Shown one piece after another: positions 40,101 to 48,800 of a stretch of 64,000 nucleotides of DNA. Every line of letters starts with the position of its first letter. The first letter of the stretch is position 1. Source of the DNA: Mytilus edulis (Eukaryota). Position numbers and translations under genes: made by a program. The stretch spans positions 17,918,001 to 17,982,000 of the forward strand of contig NC_092353.1 of assembly GCF_963676685.1 (NCBI RefSeq). Direction: 5' to 3'. Under the pieces are notes generated by a model that had not been told where the DNA came from, did no database searches, and saw only the letters and a list, made by a program, of their open reading frames with translations.

Positions 40101-43100
40101 AGATGTTAGAATTATTGAATAATATGCCCAAATTACATAGTGAAATTTATGAGGTCATTACCACAGAATGTATTATATATGAGCCAGATAAGCAACATTT
40201 GGTGGGTGTTAGCTAGCCTCTAGTCAAAGAATAGATTAGAGATAAAACGAAATGGTCTTCAAGGAAGTCAGAGATCTTTAATTTATTGTTGGTCATTTTG
40301 ATATTTACTGCAAAATTGTTTAAGGATGAGTTTCATTGGACAAATGTTTTCAAGATAAAATTTCAAGATTGTGCATGATGTCAAAATAAATGTTTCCTTT
40401 TCTTTTAATATCAATAACAGATAAAATTGTCCTCAACATATGTGAAAGTGCATCTGTGAGTTTAATAAAAGAATAACTGGCTAAGTTTTCTTACAAATAG
40501 TTTGTTTGGTGTCTTTAATAAAAATAAATAAGATCTACTCGTTAAGATTACTAGAAAACACTTATGATATTCGTAAGAGAAGCTGATCAAGATTTTGTTG
40601 TACATGTATTATATTTAGATAACAATAGAAAATGTTAGAACTGCAGTAATTCAAAATTAGTGGCATTGTCCTGAATAACCTGGTCGTACTTTCCTGCTGA
40701 CTGCTAATCTAGTATATACCTGTATTCAGTTATTGCTGCGGGTGCTTATTTGACAAACTACAGAGCAATCAGATAGGAAATGATGTAGAATAAATTGAAT
40801 AACAATCAAAACTTTGAATGAATTAGGTAAAACATTTGTGACCGAATTAACGCATTAAAAGAGCATTATTGATTTATGAAATTTTATATATGTAACTACC
40901 GGTAAGGATCTGTGGAATTGTTTTTTATTTGCTAGGTCAAAATTTTAAATAAGTCTTAATGTTAACAATTTTTATTTAAACTGAGCTTAATTAGTCCTTG
41001 TAGTATATATTTAACATTAGCACAGAGAAGAACAGATGTTTAGCAATTTATTTTGACAAAGAGTGGGTTTGATAAGCAGCTATTTTTCATGAATTTTACA
41101 TAACTAAAACATGTTTATCATAGTGTGTTTGTTTCAATGTTATGGTTTCTGTAATAGTGACATTTTTAGTGGTCTTGTGATGTTTGTGAATATAATTTTA
41201 TATATGTGTTTTATTTTATGAAATAAAAGTTACTAAAAAAAATCTAAATAATTTATTGTGAAACCATTGTTACAAAAATTACCCGAAATGATGAGAATTC
41301 TCCGAGGCCATTTTGTAATGGAAAAGAAACCAGCCTTACTGAAAACTGAAATAGTCACTAAACTGGTTGATAGCTGTAGATCAGCTATTGCTGTTGGTGA
41401 TGTAGAAACCCATTTAAATTTAATGATTGAAGTTTTACCACAATGGTTAAAACAGATTGAAATAAAGAAAGGAAAGTACATCAAGATGGACAGAAATATG
41501 GAGTTACAAACACTCATAGCTCATGTTAATAAATCAATAGACAGTTGATGAAGGCATTTTAAACTTTTAGTGCAATTGTAAATATTTTTTATATGTTGTA
41601 TGTAATGTGACATTAATGTTAAACAATGTAAGATGGTTGTCTTTGAGGACATTCGTCATTTTTTGTGCTTGTACTTAAATTAGAATAAATTAAACTCTGT
41701 TTAAATTAAAATATAATAATGTTAATAATAAAATCACTGGGGGCTCCAAATATAACGGGGTGTCATGTGGCTAACAAAACCAATCCAGTAAAAGTTGATA
41801 ATTTTATTATTGGCACCAGACGTATTCAATATAATGAAATAAAAATAGAACATAGAAAACATTTTTTACATTAACATACACATTTCACCCGAAATATGGA
41901 GAAAATACGCTCACGCTAAAATATTATGTTTTTATAAAACATTAATATACACATACCAAAATTATGGATTTTAGGCTCACTGACCACTCATACTTGTGCG
42001 TCAAGGATGTGCATTCACTGTAAAAATAAGGAACATGCATGCAATAAAGTGTTAGTTTAATAATAATAGCGAATCCCGCATTACTAGAACTAATTTGACA
42101 AATGCGCGCTAAATGAACTATATCAAACCGAAAAATACAGAAACCAGACAATAGAAATTATCCTAACATACCTGATATTTTCAACTATAACAACCACATG
42201 CCTTTGGACAAATCTTCAATACAAAAGAACATCCAACCCCGTCAACTTTCAGCAGCGAACTAGCTAGATAACTATCTACCCGTAAAACGAAAACAATAAC
42301 CAAGCGTGCATGACTAGCGGGAAATCTACCCGGACTAAACTCATTTGCATAATAATGTAAAGGTAATTCACATTATATAAAGAGACCAGTTTCTATACAA
42401 TAAATGCTAACACTTTAATTAAATGATTAAAACAATTTATTAAAAGATTTAACTGCTATCTTTTTATTATTTATTTTCTGACTTTTATTATTTTTATAGC
42501 AATGCTTTCACAATAAATTATTTAGATTTTTTTTAGTAACTTTTATTTCATAAAATAAAACACATATATAAAATTATATTCACAAACATCACAAGACCAC
42601 TAAAAATGTCACTATTACATTTCTGTCAAGCCTGCGACATTTGTCACAGAAAGTTTGATAAAGGAATAGTGATCCGGCTGGCATGGTTCATCTGCCCTTA
42701 CCTCATTTTCATGGTTCATTGGTCAATGTTTAGTTTTCTTGTTCTTCAGTTAATGTTAAGGTTATGTGACAGTTGTAATAAAGCTTTATATTTAGGACTA
42801 TTATCATAATATCAATGATTAGTAAAGAAGGCGAGACATTTTAGTGTGTGCACTCTTGTTTTAGTAATCACATACTGAATAAAAATGTTTGAAATTTCTC
42901 AATTAGCTGTCTTGTACATTATGACTTTTAAAATAATGATAAAATCTCAAATTTAGGAGGCAAAACACTTTTATTTTCAACCACATAATAAATATTGAAA
43001 AACATTTTATAGGATTACTAGTCCAAGAATTTAAAGTTTGAAAATTATTCAGCCAGTAACCAAACAACACATTTATTTATGAATATGCATAATGTATGCC

Positions 43101-43650
43101 TTAACTAAATGTTTTGCTTGGTCACAAGTTGAATAATTGTTCTGCTATTTGTGTTCTTGGAGAAGTTAATATTTGACCATTGAATTTTTTATAGAAATAA
43201 AGTAAAAATTATCAGTGTTTATTTGATTAACTGGGAAATCTTGGTATTTTATTGCAATTTACGTAATAATAGATTTTATCATTATTAATTTCATTTCTAT
43301 TGAACCTTACCTCGAAATACCAAAATGATTAGTCCTAGGCACCTTAGGTCACAGATGTCACATGGTAAAGATGGTAATCAGTAGAATGTTTACAAACATT
43401 ACTACTATTACCCTCAAGTTAAAGATTTGTTCTGATTAGGATCATCCATGTTTTTCAGATTAACTGGATAAATACGTACCATTCAAAAGTACAGAAAGAG
43501 ATAGGTCCTTTGGTCACCAGTGATCCAGTTGCATCCGAATGGTTAAGTTCTAGAACACAGACAGTAATGGGACGTACCAACATGGGAGATAATCTTCATA
43601 CAAACTTAGTCTTCCTTGTATTGTGTGCTATACTGACAACTTTATTGTAA
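4091..43650 (+). CDS. XPNPEP2: Xaa-Pro aminopeptidase 2-like (membrane/GPI-type aminopeptidase P, M24B), gene 1; spliced, about 714 aa (717 aa with exon 17b)
   Basis: Exons with GT-AG boundaries and consistent phases: 4091-4142, 12872-12972, 15422-15532, 16452-16515, 19504-19608, 20371-20466, 20977-21123, 21418-21513, 22333-22420, 24657-24789, 25357-25476, 25966-26049, 26874-26924, 27398-27462, [28032-28181 or 28205-28354], 30548-30608, [31429-31498 or 31668-31746], 35286-35390, 35856-35933, 37691-37767, 38857-38955, 43459-43650. Sum is 2145 nt in frame. Motifs: [76 protein letters not shown] (all five metal ligands D,D,H,E,E). Signal peptide [19 protein letters not shown] and hydrophobic C-terminus [14 protein letters not shown]. 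Exon 1 is the least certain because it lies 8.7 kb upstream. Confidence 0.93.
6271..6450 (+). repeat. Dispersed retroposon-like 3'-end repeat
   Basis: End motif gagagttgtctcattggcaatcataccacatct plus a T-tract; related copies near 1996-2330(-), 19731-19890(-), 20505-20615(+), 35955-36300(-) and 46897-47005(-). Confidence 0.65.
6799..8450 (-). mobile_element. 5'-truncated Penelope-like retroelement (Naiad-type), RT remnant with one frameshift
   Basis: ORFs 8165-8467 and 7438-8271 give [33 protein letters not shown] and [14 protein letters not shown]...[14 protein letters not shown] 7-nt duplication near 8170-8185 shifts the frame. The ORF ends with no C-terminal GIY-YIG domain. The ~640-nt 3'UTR is shared with other copies. 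Confidence 0.9.
7321..7387 (-). promoter_or_regulatory. Type-2 SECIS element in the 3'UTR of the Penelope-like element
   Basis: Minus strand: tcatatatgtt ATGAT GGTATGATACT AAA CCCCTAACGGGA AGGATTGTGCC TGAT gttcatatga. This gives helix I, an AUGA/GA core, an 11-bp helix II, an AAA bulge and an apical mini-stem. Confidence 0.8.
10386..11289. mobile_element. Tc1/mariner-type non-autonomous element (host of the MITE above)
   Basis: Colinear similarity to 63341-63892; right end GACTCCACTG-TA. Confidence 0.7.
10461..10655. mobile_element. Fold-back MITE with 5-bp TSD TTCAT
   Basis: Almost fully palindromic 195 bp with ends CAGGTCAGGAATAACC...GGTTATTCCTGACCTG; TTCAT at 10456-10460 and 10656-10660; empty site in the sister element near 63394. 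Confidence 0.92.
12133..12540. mobile_element. Decayed MITE with ~75-bp imperfect inverted ends
   Basis: aaaacaggagatttgcatacaatttgtttgtgct... versus ...agcacaaacaaattgtatgtgaatctcctgtttt. Confidence 0.55.
17453..17809 (-). mobile_element. tRNA-derived SINE, full length
   Basis: Minus-strand head with A box (TGGTGTAGTGG) and B box (GGTTTGATTCC); 12-bp TSD ACACAATTATGT at 17441-17452 and 17810-17821. Confidence 0.85.
18161..19406 (-). mobile_element. Second 5'-truncated copy of the same Penelope-like element
   Basis: Near-identical to about 6799-8055. RT remnant ORF 19161-19397, small deletion near 19188, SECIS at 18683-18749. Confidence 0.9.
23208..24306 (+). mobile_element. Helentron-associated (HINE/pearl-like) element with ~150-bp tandem core repeats
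   Basis: 5' subterminal inverted repeat, GGC microsatellite, repeated gaccttgacctcattttcatggttca cores, T-rich flanks; sister copies at 36551-37675 and 42624-42858. Confidence 0.75.
28032..28181 (+). CDS. XPNPEP2: Gene 1 alternative exon 15a
   Basis: 150 nt, tttag|...|gtaagt; [49 protein letters not shown]. Confidence 0.9.
28205..28354 (+). CDS. XPNPEP2: Gene 1 alternative exon 15b
   Basis: 150 nt, tttccag|...|gtaagt; [49 protein letters not shown]; 23 nt after 15a. Confidence 0.9.
28380..30469 (+). repeat. Diverged ~800-bp intronic direct duplication
   Basis: 28380-29160 is colinear with 29651-30469, for example attgcagaaagatagaatgcattgttttttt-gacaaaattaatatatcattg in both. Confidence 0.85.
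30684..31215 (+). mobile_element. Decayed V-domain-type SINE interrupted by a nested element
   Basis: Head ggtctccgaggtggctaagt, V-like tttctccaagcactctggtttcctc, tail gcgttaaaacaccaacaatcaat; nested insertion at 30716-30987. Confidence 0.55.
30716..30987 (+). mobile_element. ~280-bp pearl/HINE-like element, family 2
   Basis: tttatgcccc...gtcc microsatellite...ggggcatccgtgtac-gggacacattcttgt; copies at 38962-39251, 39379-39670 and 59514-59796. Confidence 0.75.
31429..31498 (+). CDS. XPNPEP2: Gene 1 alternative exon 17a
   Basis: 70 nt, ttttgtag|...|gtaagt; [23 protein letters not shown](G). Confidence 0.88.
31668..31746 (+). CDS. XPNPEP2: Gene 1 alternative exon 17b
   Basis: 79 nt, actgcag|...|gtgagt; [26 protein letters not shown](G). 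Confidence 0.88.
31921..32570. mobile_element. CpG-rich insertion with an internal ~135-nt palindrome and short inverted ends
   Basis: atttatcatat...atatgataaat ends; hairpin at 31945-32079; three TGACGTCA motifs; family not assigned. Confidence 0.55.
34036..34574 (-). mobile_element. 3'-end fragment of the same Penelope-like element
   Basis: Matches about 6799-7348 and breaks off inside the SECIS. Confidence 0.88.
35327..35518 (+). repeat. Three identical tandem 64-bp units covering the 3' part of gene 1 exon 18
   Basis: Unit gtaggtttagaatacagacatggcacaggacatggtatagggtcatatctcagtgtacatgaag at 35327-35390, 35391-35454 and 35455-35518. Confidence 0.97.
36551..37675 (+). mobile_element. HINE/pearl-like element, sister of 23208-24306
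   Basis: TGTCGAGC...GCTCGACA 5' hairpin, (GGC)n, tandem cores, end gcgtgtgcactcttgt. Confidence 0.78.
37412..37510. repeat. Perfect inverted repeat, 47-bp arms with a 5-nt loop
   Basis: 37412-37458 is the exact reverse complement of 37464-37510. Confidence 0.95.
38962..39670 (+). mobile_element. Two adjacent copies of the ~280-bp family 2 element
   Basis: 38962-39251 and 39379-39670, colinear with 30716-30987. Confidence 0.75.
41150..42619. mobile_element. Non-autonomous TIR DNA transposon (Ginger-like) carrying a host gene fragment
   Basis: 114-bp perfect inverted repeats at 41150-41263 and 42506-42619, termini TGT...ACA, TTTC on both flanks (41146-41149, 42620-42623). No transposase ORF. 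The family call rests on the termini and TSD length only. Confidence 0.85.
41267..41548 (+). pseudogene. CDT1: Captured C-terminal fragment of DNA replication licensing factor CDT1 (C-terminal winged-helix region), open to the stop codon
   Basis: [80 protein letters not shown] matches the CDT1 C-terminal pattern (LxxLPE-R-LR-F-E-KPAL...GE-E-HL-L-E-LP-WL...Y-K-D), recognised from memory. An AT-rich 3'UTR-like tract with AATAAA follows. Confidence 0.85.
42624..42858 (+). mobile_element. Internally deleted copy of the same HINE family
   Basis: 5' end joined directly to the 3' end at tccggc/tggcatgg. Confidence 0.7.
43459..43650 (+). CDS. XPNPEP2: Gene 1 terminal coding exon with GPI-anchor-type signal
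   Basis: tttttcag|[66 protein letters not shown]. Confidence 0.9.
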   Translation: MNWINTYHSKVQKEIGPLVTSDPVASEWLSSRTQTVMGRTNMGDNLHTNLVFLVLCAILTTLL

Positions 43651-44305
43651 AATAATCCAAAATATATTTATGTGTAAATTCCTACTTGTACAAAATTTAT
43701 ATTTATAATCTTTTTTATTTGTTTCTATACATTTGGATTTTGTTGAATTGTTTATGAATTTACGATTCTGGTAGATCTTAAAACTCAATATTATATCATT
43801 CAGATGGATCTTTGGTTGAAAAATGCATCATGAGAATTGAAATAATAGTGTTTTAATACTCTGCCTTGAATTTTGTCACAATTTTGTACTAATAGAAACA
43901 TATTAAGCATCAAAATATGAAGAACAAAATACCTTGTAGATTATTGAATCCTTACTATTTGATTCATGGGTTTCAAATCCTATTATATAAATGTGATCCT
44001 CAAATTTAAGTATTCAACCGAATACAAATTCGTAATAAGTATATATTCAGATTGTGTGACCAAATCAAGTATCTACAAGGGTTTTCCTCATTCCACAAGG
44101 TACCAAGTCAAGAAAATTCAAAGTGAACACTCTGCTCAGCAAATTCTTGATTAATTATATTATATTTTAGGTAATATTGATCAAGATGGATGTTTTTCTT
44201 TCCTTTGCACTTCATTTATAATATATATCCATATGTTTTATACATTGTAAAAATAACATCATTGTTAAATACACCTGTACATTCAAAAATATTTTATGTA
44301 ATATA

Positions 44306-44311
44306 AATAAA
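44306..44311 (+). terminator. Candidate polyadenylation signal of gene 1
   Basis: AATAAA about 660 nt after the stop codon, followed by a T-rich tract. Confidence 0.4.
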
Positions 44312-44853
44312 ATAATTTTCTTTATTTTCTTACTTTATTTTTGTTATGCCCTATTTATAGACATTATGTTTTTCGGTCTGTGTGTCTGTCCCATGATTGT
44401 TTTTCATTGCATCTTTCTCAGGAACTACATTACAAGGATTTGGTTTCAGGGTTTATATGAGTCAGTTATACCCTGTGATTTGTTTTCAGATTCATGGCTC
44501 AACAATTTCCTGTTTACAGAACACTTACATCATTTGACACATGACAATTAAGTTGAAAATTTTTCGTCACATTTTTCTCATAAACTTCATTATACGGTTT
44601 TCTGAAATTTGGTTGCAGGGTTTATAAAAGTCAGCTAAACTGTGTGCTGCATTTTCAGATTCATCATTCAACAACTTGCTGTTTACTGAACACTTACATC
44701 ATTGTTCACATGACATCCAAGTTGAAAATTTTCATCACTTTTTTCTCAGGAACAACATTAAAAGGATTGCTGAAAGTTAGTTTCAGGGTTTATATAAGTC
44801 AGCTATACTGTGCGATGTGTTTATAAATTTATCACCCAACAACTTCTTGTTAA

Positions 44854-45249
44854 GGGAGTTCGCTTCTCAGTTTAAAAATAATTCACTTTTCAAAAGACTA
44901 GTTTATATTGATAGGGGATTAATAAATGAATCAAAAGAGCAAAAAAAAAAATATCGAGGTCAATGCGCTTGTTTTCGTGATATTAGCCATTGAAATTTTG
45001 GCGAGAAGTTGTTCTCTCTTGGCTTTTCAAAGCTTTATCATCAATTTGACAAGTTTAAGTTCTCAAAAATAGTAAAAAAAAAAAAAATTTAACAAGACTT
45101 TTATGAATGGCTTATCATTATACATGTAAAAGATTTATAAAAAGAAAGAAGGGGGGTCAATGGGCAAATTTTTTAAGGCATTCAAATGGATTAAACTAGA
45201 GGATTCCAAAAATCTGACGAAAAATTCAAAACATGACAAGTGAACATCC
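44854..45249. mobile_element. TTAA-target MITE (Kolobok-like)
   Basis: ttaa-GGGAGTTCGCTT...AAGTGAACATCC-ttaa. Confidence 0.6.
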
Positions 45250-45836
45250 TTAACTGTCAAGTATTTTGGTTATAATCAGTGAGCAGTAGCTCACAGTTTC
45301 ACTTGTTTGTACTCATAAGATCTAACAAACTGTTGTAGTTTGAATAATTAAAAAATAATTTTTACTGGTAAAAAAAATGTAAATTTAGTGTTAAAGAAAA
45401 CAAAACTGGTGCTTATTTGAAATACACAGATATCAAAAATACAATTTAATTTTCTGAAAATTGTTAACAGAATCATGGGAAGGTAAAAGTAAGCAAAAAA
45501 AGATTGATCATGAAGTTCTTATAAATTATTTGTCAGTTTCTGCATTTAAAAAAGGTTGAGGAACAGTAAAGTTTCAATTTATTATAGTAAGATTGATTGA
45601 TTGTTGGTTGCTTAACATCCAGTGTTAAAATAAGTTTTATTATTTCTGTGAATTTTGTTACTATGATGAAAAAATGCGGCTATATCAAAATGTTGAAAAA
45701 TTGTCCTAAGGCAATAAAATGTCATCAGATTAGATTCACTAATAAGGACCATGATCTATCCTCATTGTTATATACTATTTGTAATGATAAACACAGCATG
45801 TCAATTTCTTTGAATTGTAAACAGTGGAATTAAAAG

Positions 45837-48800
45837 ATGATGGAATACATGTGGATAAGCTGTGTTTTATTGGTCGTTTGTTGTGCAGAAGCAGGTGAGG
45901 TTTATAAAGATGCTATACCGATTAAAAAAAAAAATCATTTCAAATCTTTAATATATTTATAGCATGTGACACAACATAACTAAATAAAAATAAAAAAAAT
46001 ATCAACAAGATCATTAATATTCATAGTTAAAGTAAATATTTCAAAAGTCTCCTGTCCTCACTGTTTTGAAATGGATCATAGCTTATTTACCTGAATGTGT
46101 GATCCTGGGTTGAGTATACATGAATATGTAATTTTATCTATATTATTTTAATTTGTAAAGTGCATATTATCATATAAAAATTCAAAATAAACCCTATTCA
46201 AATAAAATTAAATCTAGATATTTAATTTAAAGAATGAAGTCACGATAAACATGATAAAACATAGCTATATTAAAGGTTTTGTGTTGTTGGGTTGTTGAGC
46301 TTTCCCCCCTTAAATGCATAGAAAAATGTTAACTGTAATTTTATCTTGTTTTAATTTTGCAAATTGAAATTGATAGAAGAAATTAACTTTTTTGTACTAT
46401 TTTATTAAAATTGATTTTTTGCTGAAGTGAAGTCATATAAAACTGGGACTATTAATAAAAGTAGTACATTTTGTACATGTATCTTAGTACAAGTATAAAG
46501 TTTAGAGTAATAAACTTCAAAAGTCTAACGCTTTCTCACCAAGTTTCCGCAATAAGAAATAATAATAAGCCACACTGTTTTACAAAGTACAGGAGTCACA
46601 AAGTGTTTTAGTGCATTATTTATGTAATAACAAATGATATAAATCAATGCCTTGGTACTGGCAGATACATGAAGGAAAAAGTTTCCCTAATTAGAGACTT
46701 CTTGCATGTTTTGTAGTGAACATTATTATTTACCTTGTCAGAATCCTGTTTTGTACTAGTAGTTAGGCCACTATTAATTTATATTGCGTAATAGTTATGA
46801 CAAATTCAATTTTTTACAAAACAATATTCTACACAAAATCTTTTTCATTGAGATTGAAAATTAAATGAATTAAATTCAGCATAAGCTTTAATAAATAGGA
46901 TATGTGGTATGACTGCCAATGAGAGACTCCACAAGAGTTGGTTCAAATGATGTTGATTTAAACAACTGTAGGTCACCTTCAACAATGGGCAAAACCCATT
47001 CCTATTCTAGTCCCCAACATTACCAAATGTTCACAATATCTTTTTTTCATTTGACATTTCAATATCCTTTGAGTAAAAAACAGAAAGAAAATATTGAAGA
47101 TCTACAAATGCATACAAGATAAGATAAGATGAAAAACAGAAAATATATTGCATGGAGCCTGGTTTAATATTTTAACCTTCCCTTTTTCTGAAAATTTGCA
47201 AAGTTCATTAAAATTTTCTCAGAAGGTCCTGTAAATTTATCACAATGAAAAAACATGAATTATGACTGTGTTATAGTAATGAGTGCAAGCACCTCTACTA
47301 AATGTAATGATGATAAATGTAGATCTAAATAGCGTAACAAATGTAGAAAAGAACAGGTAAATGTACATGTTGTGTATGTAAAAGATGATGGAAACTTTTG
47401 TCTAAAGGTCAAATGAACACAATTATTGTTTACTTTTGACGATGATTTTTTGGAATGCTTATGATGATAATTCTCTCTATGATAATTTCTCTTGAAAATC
47501 AATTGGAAAATCGGAATAAAACTTTATCAGGTAAGAAAATTGGTTTACATTGTTTTCTTATATAACTTGAAAGAATTTAAGGGAAATGTTAAAATTTGTA
47601 TTTCACTAAGAAGAAACCTGTTGTGTAATACACCAATACAAAAACATTTTTTTTTATGGATGCTAAAATGATTACTATTAATTATGCAGTTATTTAACAA
47701 TTTATATAAAATAGCATGATTAAACCTTACATAAACTTCAGAAACTGAATTATGAAAACTCATGACTAGAACTGAACAGCTAAAACTTTTGTTAAAAGTT
47801 TTTTAATTATTTTATTATCGCAACAGAATTTGTCAACAACCATGAACGATTTAAGAGACAGACCAGCATTAAAAGTATGTCACCAGATGATCGTCCAAGT
47901 TGCAAGCCTGGAGCAGTATGTAGATTTTTATAGATAAATCTGATGTTTACAAATACAGTCAAGTTACAGATCTATGAGATCTCACATTATGTTAAACAGT
48001 TTATTGACCATAATTTTATTACCTTATTAGATCAAATGTCTCTTGGCTGTTTTTATTGGAATTTTTTAAATATTTAAAAAAAAATATACAAGGACAGACT
48101 TTTATTTGATTAATTCATTTTTTTTATTGCATTTTACAATATATAATATGCATTGTTGCTAACATTATGAAAAAATGGTTCGACAGTCTTTAATTCCAAT
48201 GAACAGTCAGTTTTATTCTTTTTAAGTTGGTCTAAAGCAGTGGCAGTGGTTGTAGTAATCACTTTTAATATTGAGTTTGTTACACTTTAAATAATGTTAC
48301 ATCATAAACACAATATCTGTAAACTTTAGTTGTTAAAACATCTTTATTCTAATTATAAAGTTGCCTCAGGATACATTTTAAATTGTGCATGTACATGAAG
48401 TTGAAATAAACATTAAGAATCAAGATTTTGTTTCAGAAGAATTTAATAAATTGAATTTATTTCTCAGCATTTTTTTAGACTTCAGTGCTAAATATCATGT
48501 GGACCCATTTTATTTTTGATCCAGTTGCAATTTTAAATTTCATGGAAGCATGAATGAACCCAATTAACATGAGTACTTTAAAAGGGGTTGTTTTTTTGTT
48601 GTTTTTTTTGGGGGGGGAGGGGGAGTTTGTTCGCAGAACACAACAATATTCATGAATTATATTTTGAGTGAAAAGTTTGCATTGAAGTTGCCCCCTAAAT
48701 AATGTTTACAGTATGTTTATACCTATCTTCATGTATATTAACAGCAAGTTCCACTGGTAAGAGTTGATTCATCACAAAGACTATATGATCTGAGACAAGA

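Noticed and set aside
41233-41517. 94-aa minus-strand ORF
   Set aside because: Antisense shadow of the CDT1 fragment
41150-42619. The true CDT1 gene nested in the intron, or an LTR element (TG...CA ends)
   Set aside because: No upstream CDT1 exons in the window, the fragment begins at a TIR, and the terminal repeats are inverted rather than direct
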